From contig OX597836.1 in NCBI GenBank assembly GCA_951406725.2, forward strand, positions 9,424,001-9,488,000: a stretch of DNA of 64,000 nt. Reading direction: 5' to 3'. This document shows, piece after piece, positions 34,672 to 47,919 of this stretch; position 1 is the first letter of the stretch; each line of letters begins with the position of its first letter. Origin of the DNA: Octopus vulgaris. Its lineage: Eukaryota. A program made the position numbers and the translations under genes. The notes under the pieces are model-generated. The model was not told where the DNA came from. It saw only the letters and a program-made list of their open reading frames with translations, and did not search any database.

Positions 34672-36325
34672 GAAAGCTATTTTCCCTGTTAACCTTCCTC
34701 TGATATTGCTGCACCTCTTATGCGTCCAAAGCTTATACTTGGTATATCTTACAGAGTTTCTGTCTATGCTTTATCTAAAAACCGAGTTGGGCCTTCTACC
34801 TGAAGGGATTTGTAATTTATCTGCCTTCCTACATAGTAAAACTTTGGTTTTTGCTAGGTTAACTCTAAAGCCCTTCAATTCTAAACTTTACTTCCACACC
34901 TGAAACTTCTCTAGTTCTGGTAGTGATTCAACTATAAGAACAAAGTAATCAACATAGAGGAGCTACCAGAGGCTGTCTTGAATTCCTCTGTTATTGTCTG
35001 GAGGACTATGATGAACAAGAGAGATTTGAGGACTGATCCTTGGTGAACCCCTACTTGTACCCTGAATTCTTCACAGTACTCATTGCCAACCCTCACCTTA
35101 TTGACAGTGTTAGAATACGACCGTACGTGAGGAATTTGGTGACATATTTCTCCTCTTGTACAGCGCATGGCCGCATCCCAACATAATATATTTTATAAGC
35201 CATATGTCATGTTTATATATAGTGCCAAAGTAAATGAATAAAGGACGCCAAAAACTGTTCTACTTTTATAAAGAGAAGATAGATTTTATTCACAGTGTAC
35301 AAAGTGATTTGTGATTTTTAGTGTAGTGTTGTGTAATGAATGCATGCTTATAATATTTGTGTCTGTGTGTTCGTGTGTGCGACAGAAGTACAGAATAGGG
35401 TGCATGCAAATACAACAAAGCATAAGAGAAGTCTCAACAATTTGTGTTAAAATGGAGTTATTTTAGAGTTATTTTACCAGTTCATGTAGTACACAATAAT
35501 GAGTTCTATAACAAGATTTGAGTCTCGGAGCGGAGATTAGTTGAATCACTTGTTGTGCATATTTTTCTCTTGATATAGATATTCTTTCAGATATATATAC
35601 TGCAACTGTTTTTCCGTGGTGAGATTTTCACACTAACAGCATGAGTTGAATCTGTATTTATCTTGTTGTGTACAAGTTGAAGTCTTCGTAGATGGAGATG
35701 ATGTTGGTGATGACGTTCTGTCTGTCGCTGGTTTACAATAGTGTCTCCATAGTATGGTTGGCTTGCCTTTCGAACTGGAACATGGTTGAGTAAGCTCTGT
35801 GTGGTCTCCGACCAAGACCTTAAAAGGTCTTAAGCCGAAAGACGTTGAATCATTAAATAATCAGCCTATTTATGGAATTATGGTGGCTGAAATGAAAGGT
35901 CCTATCCGATAGCCGTGACTGGTCAGTTTACACACTGGCGCGAAATAAGTAGAGAGACAGACCGCGCTTAGATGCTAACCAATCAGATCAGGGGACACAA
36001 CAAGGTTAAACTAGTCAAAGATGTTTGTAATCTCAAACGAGATCATTCCTAATGTTTTTCTCAAACAGTGAAGATAGCAATATTGCTACAACATTATCCC
36101 TGTACATGGATCATACAGCTCTCACCAACCACTCGTCTATTCCTAGTTTCCACATTGGCCACCAGATAAGGGATCGGCTTTGACCCTCTCTGTGACTTTC
36201 ATCACCTGATCCAACAATTTGATACTTCCGTAATTATTTCTATTTAAGGCATCGCCTGTACTTTTGTAGCAGTTGACTATGATGACGTTACACCAGTCAC
36301 TGGGTGTGGCACCTCCATGTACTGC
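34672..36325 (-). mobile_element. RTE RT fragment interrupted by a ~1-kb insertion
   Basis: KVRVGNEY..GVHQGSVL (34932-35105) and NCYK..IKLLDQVMKVTER (36143-36320); adjacent RTE sequence on either side of 35108-36093. Confidence 0.8.
35108..36093. mobile_element. Putative solo-LTR-like insertion
   Basis: TGTT...AACA ends, splits an RTE, homologous to 9867-10115; no clear TSD. Confidence 0.45.
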
Positions 36326-36620
36326 CTTTTCTATTATACAGTGGCAACACACAAACACACACAAAGCCCATACATACTAAAGCAAAAGAAGGCCAACAGT
36401 TAAAAGCAAATCCACTCAAGTGTTTCAGATTAAAAGTTACCAGTAAACTATACTTTTAAGATAACAAAAGAACCTGTCTGTTAACCTGTTTCACAGTAGT
36501 TTGGAAGGAAAGAGACGCAATACAGCGAGTTATTAAGTAAGAAACTTTCATTATGAAGAATTGCCAAGGAAATAGTTTTTACTCAGTAAGTAAATATATT
36601 GTTGATTTTTCCACATGCAA

Positions 36621-36651
<31 letters not shown>

Positions 36652-36653
<2 letters not shown>

Positions 36654-36845
36654 TCTTTTATTTGTTTCAGTCATTTGACTGCGGCCATGCTGGAACACTG
36701 CCTTTAGTCAAACAAATCGACCCCAAGATATACTTTTTTTTAAACTTAGTACTTATTTATCAGTTTCTGTTTGCTGAACTGCTACGTTATGGGGATGTAA
36801 ACAGATCCACATCAGTTGTCAAGCAATGGCGGGGGTACAAACACA
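36652..36845 (-). mobile_element. SINE 3' half
   Basis: Reverse complement CCAGCATGGCCGCAGTCAAATGACTGAAACAA tail. Confidence 0.8.
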
Positions 36846-36883
36846 CACAAACATATATATACATTATCTCTCCATATAAATAA

Positions 36884-37271
36884 CTAGCTTAAGGTGACCC
36901 GCTCTACGCGCGGGTGTGGTTGTTACTTTCTGTTGCTTTCTTTTCTAAATTTGAATCCCCTTCCAGCTCCATTTAGACTCGTTTTTACATAAAAATCCAA
37001 TTTGTGTATACATTCGCCTTCTTCATTTTATAGATAAGATTAGATGCCAATTGCGCCAATCTGGAGGGGCTTAGCGCCCCTTAAATCTTCTCACCATAGT
37101 AACCGCATCTTTCCAGATGGGGAGTTTTAACCTACTCAACTCTTTGCCTCATCACACCTTCTATGCCTGTGTCAATTTTCAGCTCGATCTGACCACTGCT
37201 GTGGCCGCCAACCTCTGACGTAGCGAAACATGCATGCAATTTTGACCCAAAGCCTCTTTTATATATATAGA
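36884..37271 (-). mobile_element. Non-autonomous Helitron-like element
   Basis: Minus strand A|TCTATATATAT start; ACCCGC-n7-GCGGGT hairpin then CTAG|T end. Confidence 0.7.
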
Positions 37272-37643
37272 TAGCAGAGAAACCCGGTCTTGCTCGGGAT
37301 TAAAATAGTTTATCAACGTTGTATTTGTTTCGGTATTATAACTTGATTTCATTCGGATCTACATGGGCCACACTTTAAAGATGAGGAATTTTGCCATAGA
37401 GGCCACACCTTTCAATTGAGCAAACTCAATTATATATATGCATTAAATATATATATGTACATATATATGCATTATACATATATGTGTGTGTGTGTGTAAG
37501 TGTGTGTGTGTGTAAGTGTGTGTGTGTGTGTGTATACGCATTATATATACAAATGAATACAAATTAGATATAAATATATATATATAAGTACAGATATATA
37601 CACTTTGTATATATACATTATGTATACATATTTATATATAGAT
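37272..37643 (-). mobile_element. Second Helitron-like element with internal microsatellites
   Basis: CCCG..CGGG hairpin at 37282-37298; TTTATATATAGAT at ~37631-37643. Confidence 0.45.
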
Positions 37644-37649
37644 ACAGAC

Positions 37650-38778
37650 AGCTACCCCAATCATCAGGCCCTTATATAATTTTATTAACATTCAATACAA
37701 TAAACTATATTTAATTTTTTAAAACCCTTAAGTATGTGTAAAATAGGTATGTGTAAATTAGTTTCACTGGACTCTACATTTACACCGTTTATTCCTTTGG
37801 AATAAAACCAATGTTGTCTTCGAAACATATGTCGAAAGTAAAAGAATTTGAATAGCATCTGCGTTCAACTCAATTTATTTACTAATACTACACAAATTAC
37901 TGCACATTAACCCGGAGATTCTACCTTTGAATAGGTCACTACATCCTTCTTACTTGCGTGAATTTTGCTACCCTGGTAACTGTTTATTGAATTTTCCATG
38001 TCATCGGTAAACAAAGGATAATTCATACATCCATTTACAGATATATATATATATATATATAGTGTGTGTGTGTGTGTGCGCGCACGCGCGTGTGTGTATG
38101 TGTGTGTGTATTGTGGAAAGTTTCTGACCTACCTCATATCACTCTTAGTGTACTGTGACACAACTATTAAGTTGACAATTTTCAGGTCGTTAGCATATCA
38201 AGTTGGGAAATACTTGTTGCCATGATTAAGAGCATTTCAGGTTTTTGAAAGCAGTGAAATGTCCCACCTGAAAATATTAATGTTTTGTGTATATACTTTC
38301 TCCCACCCTGCTTTGTTACATTATATATCCAACACACAAGGACATACAAATATATAAACAGTTGTATATAGATATAAATACCTAATTTAAACATACCTAT
38401 TTTACACATACTTAAGGGTTTAAAAAATTAAAATATAGTTTATTGTATTGAATGTTGATAAAATCATATAAGGGCCTGATGATTGGGGTGGCATCTTGAG
38501 AGGGGTTCCAGGTTTATCTCGCCAAATAAAAAGAATTTTTATTTTTATTTTAAATACCTACTGTTTTATTACTTGGCAACACGTGTTTCATGAGGTACAT
38601 CTTCGGGTTCCTAAACTGCTCCATGTTTCCCTGGAACCCCTCTCAAGATGCCACCCCAATCATCAGGCCCTTATATAGTTTTATCAACATTCAATACAAT
38701 AAACTATATTTTAATTTTTTAAACCCTTAAGTATGTGTAAAATAGGTATGTTTAAATTAGTTTCACTGGACTCTACAG
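37650..38778. repeat. ~130-bp segment in three copies (+ 37650-37778, - 38381-38512, + 38630-38777); probable Penelope terminal-repeat remnants
   Basis: CCCCAATCATCAGGCCCTTATA...TAAATTAG block; neighbouring 37821-37880 matches 2946-3005. Confidence 0.55.
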
Positions 38779-38876
38779 TACAAGCAATAATTCAGATAAA
38801 AATTCAAAGAAAGATAAAAAGTTACAGAAATAAAAGTTACATGAATAAAGTAAGGAATAAAAAAAAAATATAGGAA

Positions 38877-39050
38877 AATTTACAAAAACTATGTTAATAA
38901 TATATAGTGTTCCAAATAAAATTAAATTTAGAAACACTATGTTAATAATATATAGTGTTCCAAATAAAATTAAGTTTACAAATACTATGTTAATAATATA
39001 TAGTGTTCCAAATAAAATTAAATTTACAAAAACTATGTTAATAATATATA
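38877..39050. repeat. 48-bp AT-rich minisatellite, ~3.5 copies
   Basis: ACTATGTTAATAATATATAGTGTTCCAAATAAAATTAAATTT repeated. Confidence 0.9.
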
Positions 39051-39160
39051 AAAAATGTGAATTATATAAAACAGAATAACGTAAGCTTTTACATTTTACT
39101 TTTGACAAACTTTTTCTAAAAAAGTCGAACCTTTTAAAATTGCATTTTCAAATTTTCTTT

Positions 39161-39222
<62 letters not shown>

Positions 39223-39313
39223 TTCTCAATTGAAACCGTCCAATGAATAGATTTTTGCGAAAATCTTTATGTATTTGCAGCTTTAATAATAAAGTACATA
39301 CATACATACATAC

Positions 39314-40205
39314 ATGCAGCCTACAAGAAACTCTGAAAATCTTCCCTGCTTGAACTTCCATAAGGCAAACTGGAAACAAATTGAGAAAGAGATCCTCAAA
39401 CAAAACAGGTGTAAATGTTTCTCCCCAGCAGACATCGACATGAAACTTCAACAATTCATGTTTGTAATGCAAGCCATATGTTACAAATGTGTCCCAGAGA
39501 GAAAGGCCACTGTACACCAGAACAAAATCCCCAGGGAGAGGAAAATTCTTATAAGACGGCATACAAAAGTCTCAAATCGCCTAAACAAACAAATTGAAAG
39601 CAGTGAAATGTCCCACCTGAAAATACAACTGCTGGAGATTGAAAAAAGTCTGCTGCTCCCCCATGCAAAAGAAAGAGCAGACAAAGAAGCCTGGGCTTTA
39701 GACAATATAAAATATTACCCCAGAGCTTTCTACAAGTTTGCCAAGACTCAAGAGATTAAGACTCTATTCCTTAGAGCATAGGTGAGAAAGATATGCCATA
39801 ATATACATCTGGAAGATCCTGGAAGGACTTGTCTCAAACTTTGGCATCACTGCATAGTGCCAACGACCCCAAATTTGCCACCAAGATGTTGGACAAGATA
39901 CTGCAATAGCCTGGGCTTCAGAGGTCCACAGCTCTTCAATATCCTCCTGAAGGACCTGAGAGACCTGCATGGGGTGGATGTAGGTGTCTTCAAAATAATG
40001 CTGGACCTCTTCCTGTCAAGTGTCCCAGATGAACCAACTTTGCAGCAAGAGGTGCAGATGAGGGCAGCTGCATCAAACTCTCTCATGCACCAAATGTCAA
40101 TTCCTAAAAAGCATTCACGAAGGAAGTAAAATTATGTAGCAACACCAAATGGCCGTGCCCCAGCATGGCCACAGCTCATGAGCTGAAACTAGATAAAATA
40201 AAAAA
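39314..40205 (+). mobile_element. Internally deleted CR1/L2-group LINE (post-APE region joined to ORF2 3' end and tail)
   Basis: LNFHKANWK..FYKFAK then RYCNSLGFRGPQLFNIL..FK..LDLFLSSVPDEP; hairpin tail at 40151-40200. Confidence 0.75.
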
Positions 40206-40206
40206 A

Positions 40207-40536
40207 TATATATATATTACACACATGGGCATGCGTACACGTACGTATGCAGACGTACGTGCGTATGTATATATATGTGTGTGTGTGCACATGCGTGTTT
40301 GTGTGCATATAAGCATGTATTTATGGGCATGCACGTGTGTGCATATATATATATATATATGTGTGTATGTATGCATATATATGCTTGTGTGTGTATTTGT
40401 GTGCATGCATGAATATGTGTGTATATGTGTAAATATATAGATATATATATATATATATATGTATATATATCGATTTATATGTGTATATATATATATGTAT
40501 ATATATCGATTTATATGTGTATATATATATATTTAC

Positions 40537-40567
<31 letters not shown>
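40207..40567. repeat. Compound TA/TG/CA microsatellite
   Basis: Direct reading. Confidence 0.95.
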
Positions 40568-40570
<3 letters not shown>

Positions 40571-43500
40571 AATATTATTAAAAGGAATAATAATATCCTC
40601 AAAAATATATGTTGATACAATATTTTCAAGGTAATCCAAACTGGTGAAATTCCAGCTGAACATCTGAAAATTTTTTAGCAATTAATACACACTAACAAAA
40701 AGAAATGACAAAATCAAATTCAACTTAAGACATTCATTCATTCAACCATTAGTGATGTCACTGAATAACTAATTTGTTTTGTAGAAATAGAAATTTTAAT
40801 TTGAACGAAAATAAAATCAAAAGAAGAATAACATTAAGAATGAAAATAACAAATAAACTTATTTAAGAAAAGTCATTCAATTATTTGAGACTTCACATTG
40901 ATGATGAAATCCAAATAAGAGATACAAACCACCTTACTAATTCTACATTATGAGAATCTGAAATCTACACAGAAAAATAACCTAAAAAATTAGTATTTTT
41001 ACATACATTTATTGATGATATCACTGGATAACTAAAGAATAAAAATTACAGATAAGATTTCTATATTATACTTATTAGAAGCTTATATACTTTACTTTGT
41101 GATAATTAATCATCTGTTTACTCATTATATTAAAAACCCTTTTATAAGAATTAACCGTATTATATAAGAATTAAAAAAATATTCTAATTTATAATGGAAA
41201 TATTTGAATATCTTTCTAAATTTATGGCAACGTCTTAAAGTAAAGTATTCATTGAAATTTAATATATTTCAGTCGGTTTTCAATCTATCTCCATCATTTC
41301 ATAAGAATTTTCCTCCCTCTAAGGTTCTTGTTTTTATGCATGTTGGCCTTGTGGTTTGACGCTAGTCTTGGATCCCAACTTAATAAGAGCTTTCTATGTA
41401 TGGACCAAAAATCCTTATAGATATACAGCCTATGATTTAGGATAGATTTGTCATATAAGGCTTGAATTATGGGCTTGAAATATTTGAGTTTCATGTCAAT
41501 GTCTATTGTGGAGAGACATTTACACCAATCCTGTTTGAGGGTCTCTTTCTCAATTGATTTCCAGTTAGCTCTATGAAAGTTCACACTGGAAAGATTTCCA
41601 GTGCTTTGTATAGGCTGTATATCTTTAAGGACTTTTGGTGCATACATAGACAGCTTTATTATGTTGGGATCCAGGTCTAGTGTCATTATCACTTTCACAT
41701 TATGGATGACGTCCATATTGTTTGTGAATGAGAGATCCAATATATTATTTGCATTGGTTGGCTGGAGCATAATTTGCTCCATGAATGAAGCATTGGTAAG
41801 GTTGAGCAGAAACCCCACCTGTGCTCGTTAGCAGTGTTCCATTCCTAAGAGCATTACGCCCTCTGGCCATCCCACATTAGGGAAGCTGAAGTCACCCAAA
41901 AGGAAGACGTTGATGTGTTGCTCCAGTATGGTGAGAAGTTCCATCTTTGCGAAGTAGTCTTCAAATTTGTCTGTGTGATTTGGAGCATCTTGTTTGAGGG
42001 ATTTCCATCAGAAATTTTCAAGGCTTGCAGAAACAATTGCAGTACCTTGATTGTCCAATTTCACGACGTCTTTGCTGTATAAACCTAAAGAGAAAGAGAG
42101 ATGGAGAGATAGAGAAAGACAGGGAGTCAGAGAAGGAGAGTGAGGAGAGAGGGGAGAGAGAAAGAGAGTGAGATGAAAAGCAGTATGAAAGTGCAGATAA
42201 GTACTACTTATCAAGTACTACTTAAAAAGAAAGTTCATGCAATGCTTATGAATGACAGTTTTTGTAAAACCTAACCGGCTTCCGTGCCAGTGGCAAGTAA
42301 AAGGGCACCATTCACGCGTGATCGTTACCAGTGTTGCCTTACTGGTACTTGTGCCCGTGCTAGTAGGGTGCCAAGAGCACCATCCAAGCGTGATCGCTGC
42401 TAGAGCAGCCAACTGGCTTCCGTGCCAGTGGCACGTAAAAGGGCGCCATTCGTGCATGATCGTTACCAATGTCACTTCACTGGCACCTGTGCTGGTGGCA
42501 TGTGTAAACGGATTCGAGTGAGGTCGTTGCCAGTACCGCCTGACTGGTCACCGTGCCGGTGGCATGTAAAAAGCACCCACTACACTCTCGGAGTGGTTGG
42601 CATTAGGAAGGGCATCCAGCTGTAGAAACTCTGCCAGATCAAGATTGGAGCCTGGTGCAGCCATCTGGTTCGCCAGTCCTCAGTCAAAATCGTCCAACCC
42701 ATGCTAGCATGGAAAGCGGATGTTAAACGATGATGATGATGATGATGATGATACGAACACACAGACACAAATACTATGCGCATGCACTCAGACACTACAC
42801 CTTGCTAGCACTCACACACACACTCTCTTTGTACACATTGTAAATAAAGTCTTCTTCTCTCACAAACAGTAGAACGGTTGTCGTCCTTCATTTATTCCTT
42901 TGGCTCTGTATTTGGCTTTCATATTTTGTTAGGGGCGACCGTGCTGCATTTTAAAGGAGACATTTGTCACCAGCTCCATACGTATGGTCGTATTCCCTAC
43001 AGCATATATGTATTTTCACAAATGTCAAAATGTTTGACTAGGGTCTTGTTGATTATCTATCACTAAGGTGAAAACAAATTATGGTTAACAATGTAGGGAA
43101 TTATCCAACTGCAATTGATCTAGGTAGTAGAATGTCTGGATATGGTCTAATACATTGTCTATTACTAAGGTAAGACCAAATTATGGTTAACCAAAGTAGG
43201 GAATTAGCTAGCATACAAGAACGATTTGGATTAAAATGCTGGCATTAATGGGTCGTAAGTATTCTTATAAACAGCAGAATGTCTGATGGTAGTCTAATTT
43301 TAACAATCATTTTTCCATGTTTGCATGGGGTGAGCAAATTTACTATTTACAGATTTTCTACGACTGGATGCCCATCCTGTCACCAACCCTTATCTGTTTC
43401 AGTTTAGTATTTCTCCATATTCAGACATATTGGCTTTAAATTATGGTAGAGGGCAGGCCTTTCTGAGGGGAGGGGGAACTTGGATGCATCAACCCCAGTA

Positions 43501-44017
43501 CATGACTGGTACTTATTTTATTGACTCGGAAAGGATTATGGTTAAAGTGAACGTCGGCAGAATTTGAGCTCAGAGTGTAAAGACGGACAAAATACCGCTA
43601 AGCATTTTGTCTGGCATGCTAACAGTTCTGCCAGCTCAGCATCTTCCCATGGTCAGACAGATTTTCACACAACACTGGAAACGAAGAAGGATATTCATTT
43701 ACTATAATCATACACTGTCAAGATAAGGAGACATAAACATGCACACACCCACACTCATGCATAGTATTAATAGAATAGAAGACAAGTAAGCTGTAGTTGA
43801 AGAGCCTTGCCCTAGGTGCCATGCAGTGGGACTGAACCTGAAACTTTGTGGTTGAGAGGCAAACTCCTTAGCCATACAGCCATGCTTGTACCTATAAGCT
43901 AGTAAAAACTGAAAAACTAAAAATTGCAATAGAAGACTTCTTTTCTATTTGTTTATGGTATTTTATTACAAAGTTGTCATATTTTCACTTACGTTTATTT
44001 CTTTTCATCATTTCTAG

Positions 44018-45175
44018 ATTCGAGTTCTTGGATTCATTGCTGTGGTCAGCATCTTCTTTCTACTGTTTGCCTGGAAGCAATATTCTGTGAATAAAGAATA
44101 TACAGGGACAACATTAAACAAACACAATCAAAAGTTTATAAATAATTCTAAGGAATTTCCAAATAATCAAGTGCATCATATAAATAACAAAACTGTAAGC
44201 AAAGAGAAACAGGAATTGGTTCAGTTAAACAACAAAACTAAATATATTATTTATTACTGTGTTAATAATATACAGTGTGGCGGTTGGGGAGATAGGCAGC
44301 ATGGAATAGTCTCTGTATATTTAATGGCACAGGCCATGGGTCGTCGTTTTGGCATCATTATTTCAAAACCTTGTAATTTTGCAAAATATCTTCAACCAAA
44401 CAAAATTAACTGGACAATTGACCCAAAAGAGTTGCATGGCCTAAAAAGTCGTCACCTCCGTTTGACTGGAAATAAAAGGTACATATCTGCTTTACGATCA
44501 GTAGACTTAGAAAGACGCTACCCTCAAAATGTCCTCTATGTGACAACAAATTATATCTATTTTCACAGCTTAATAAAGAATCCTCGCTACAAAAAACAAC
44601 TTCTTTGGTCATCACAAATGCCATATGGAAATGTATTTGCTAAAATAATGAATTTAATGTTTCGATTCAATGATCATTTTCAAGAAGCGTTTGACAAATT
44701 CTTTGAAGTCAATATCCCCAACCCAAATATGCATTTGGTGTGTGCTCAGATTCGAATTGGACGGAACCCCACAATGCCACATGATGACCGAAGGATGTCA
44801 ATGTCAAGTGTTCAATCTCTCTGGAACTTCTTAAGTAAATACAAAAACACCAGCAAGTACAAAATGTTTGTGACAACAGACTCAGAAGAGGTACAGAAGA
44901 TAGCTTTAAAAAAATTTTCTCCTCAAATCGTGTACAACCCTGGGAAAATACTTCATGTGGATGAACGAAATCGAAAGGGGAAAAATAGGTGTGAAGGTAT
45001 ATGGAAGGTCATTATGGACCAACATATTCTGACTAAATGTGATACGTTGATAATAAGCCGAAGTAATTTTGGTGAAAATGCTATGATGATGAGCCAAAAA
45101 GACAACAAAGTGTATTATTTTAAAGAAGGAAATATAACAAGGATCGACAAAAAAAAATTTTTTCGTAACAGGTAA
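44018..45175 (+). CDS. Fucosyltransferase-superfamily glycosyltransferase exon, copy 2 (C-terminal homopolymer frameshift relative to copy 1)
   Basis: Acceptor TTTCTAG ending 44017; ~99% identical to 11119-12306; same motifs. Confidence 0.8.
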   Translation: MRVLGFIAVVSIFFLLFAWKQYSVNKEYTGTTLNKHNQKFINNSKEFPNNQVHHINNKTVSKEKQELVQLNNKTKYIIYYCVNNIQCGGWGDRQHGIVSVYLMAQAMGRRFGIIISKPCNFAKYLQPNKINWTIDPKELHGLKSRHLRLTGNKRYISALRSVDLERRYPQNVLYVTTNYIYFHSLIKNPRYKKQLLWSSQMPYGNVFAKIMNLMFRFNDHFQEAFDKFFEVNIPNPNMHLVCAQIRIGRNPTMPHDDRRMSMSSVQSLWNFLSKYKNTSKYKMFVTTDSEEVQKIALKKFSPQIVYNPGKILHVDERNRKGKNRCEGIWKVIMDQHILTKCDTLIISRSNFGENAMMMSQKDNKVYYFKEGNITRIDKKKFFRNR

Positions 45176-47919
45176 AATACTTGGTTGTGAGACAGGATTT
45201 TTTTGACACCCAGAATCTGAAAGTGACATCCATGTATCATCATCATGTCAAGATCTTAAGATACTGGATGCATAGAATTTCATTGGTCTTTCAATAAAAC
45301 AGATTATGAGGAATAAGGTATAACATACAAACATACATAGCAATTGATTTTCCTTCAAAACCAGAATGTTTTCTTGAAATTCTACTGAAGAACTAATAAA
45401 AATCTTCAAATTACTATAGGCAAATTATATCATTTACATATGCCCACGGGCATATAGTGTAAGGGTTTTGAGCATGAGCTATTAACCCCAAGATTCCAAG
45501 TTCGATTCCAGGCAGTGACCCAAGAAACACAATTTCTAGTTAACTAAACACTTTAAAACTTCGTATACTGGTAGAATTATTTTCACTTGGCTTTCTTGAT
45601 AAATTTGTAATCCGTTTGTTTAACGTAGTTTAATTTTTCGAATTTTAACCAATCCTATGCTCTCTTTTGAGCTAAAATCATTTGCTGCATCTAAAACTGA
45701 GACAACATCCTGTAACCCTCCCCTCCCCCTAACCCTAAATCTTTTTTTTCTTAATTGTTAAATTAATTTGTTACGCGTGTAAAAAAAAAACTAAAGCAAT
45801 GGAAAATAATTTGGATCTTTTCCTTTTGATGGACGGAATTTTCTAGTTAACTAAACAATTTGAAACTTCGTATACTGGTAGAATGTGTCAAAAGAAAACA
45901 TTAATTTCACTTAGCTTTTTTGAGAAAATTGTATTTTGTAAGTTTTAGGTAGTTTAATTCTTCGAATTTTAACCAATCGTATTCTCTGTTTTGAGCTGAA
46001 ATCATTTTCCACGTCTAAACATACTGTTACTGTGACATAAACAGCTATTTTGTGACGTAGTTAACGTAAACAGTTAAATTCGTTTGAAAAGCTTGACATC
46101 CTAAACAGCTAAATTCGTTTGGAAAGCCTAAAATTAGTGTTTAAATTATTTTCCATTGTTTGCATTGCTTTATAGAATTTGAAAGTTATTCGTTTTGTAT
46201 AAAATTATTATTCATTTTGTTTGTGTTTATGTTTGTGCATGCCTTGTTATGGTTTATGTTAGGGTTACGTAAAATTCGTTTGTACATTCCCTGTTGGTCT
46301 ATTTCATATCACTTTTTTATCAACTACGTATAACTTCTTACATCATAAATTATTACTTAATCAAATTAATGTATATCTTTGTGTGTGTGTAGAGAGAGCG
46401 ATCATTGCATGCGTCTGTCTACCATAGTCGTGTGTAGCACTTTAATTTTCTCTCTCTCTTTCTCCTTTTATAAATATATATGTGCACAACAAACATGCCT
46501 ACACACGTACTGTTTACTTTGGATGAATAATAAACACATATTCAGTGTTTTTGTATAGGCTTCGGGTGTTTTCTCTATACAATGTATATATTTACTATAA
46601 ACTTGTGCACACGCTTTGATTCTTCAGTTTGACACACGCTTTGATTCAGTTATTTGGCTTGTATGCACCCACATACACACACACGTACCCATCCATACGC
46701 ATACTCGCACATAATCAGGGCCCCTCTGTATTTTCGCTCGTCGATGTGCTAGGAATAACACCCAAATCCCCTTAAAACCATATACTACTGGGTTAAAGGA
46801 AGGGTACATTGGCTAATATAATCATAGATGCTATATCTGAAAAAAAATGGGGGGAGGGGCACAAAAATACGGGTTGGTCATAGTTGGAACCCTTTGATCC
46901 TCAACCGGGTTTACCAGGATGACCTGAGTTAAATAGCAATAACAATATATTTGTAATATTGATTATAGACACAAAGCATATATTTTGGGGTGAGTGGAGG
47001 GTATAATCATTTATAACGATCTCCAATTCTTGATCGATGTATTTTCTCAACTGTGGAAGAACAGACGGCTTGTTTTGAATTCTGGTGAGGGTTGAAACCC
47101 GAACGTATAGGACCATATCCCTAAACATTCTAACAGTCCTTTACCAAGCCCTTGTCAGCATGTAATATCATCTGATCCACATTATCTCTCTATTATTTGT
47201 CCACGTGTAAAAATATATCATCAAGGTGACATAGTTAAACTTTGACGAAAAAATATAATGTAAAGCTGGCAGAATCGGTAGTGCATCGGATAAAATGCCT
47301 AACGTCATTTCTTACGAATCTTTACGTTCCGTGTTCGAATATTGCTGAGCTTTCCTTCTTTCGGGCGGCGCTTATAGAATAAGTACCAGTTGAATACAAT
47401 CGACTAGTTCTTCCCATCAGCTTCAGGCCTTGTACTTACTGGGGAAAGAAATATTATTAAGGAAGGGGGTGGGGCAAGCTGGCAAAATCGTTCGTGCGTC
47501 GGACAAAATACCTTGTGGCATTTCTTCCGACACTTCACATTACCGTCGTCGTCAACTTTACCTTTCATGATCAATTAAGTACCAGTCAATGTAATCGATT
47601 AAGCCCTCCTCCCAAATTGTTGGTCTTGTGCCAAAATTTTGTGCAATTTTATTTTTTATATCGAAACTAAATATATAGTTTTAGCTCTCAAGGTGAACTC
47701 CAAGCAATTACCTATGATGAAAGGTATTCTAGGTTTGACCATCCCAAGTGTGACACCTACTCCAAAGGCACGATGAAGTGGTGGGCAGTTAAAATGTTTT
47801 AAAACGTAGATTTTTCAGAAAAATAAGATTTAATGCGAATTACATGTATTTTAGAGTGACGATGTCTTGCAAACAACTTGCACATGCAAGTGCTACCAGT
47901 TAAAAGCTCCATATACCGG

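Noticed and set aside
38773-39108. Hydrophobic repeat ORFs
   Set aside because: Translations of the 48-bp minisatellite
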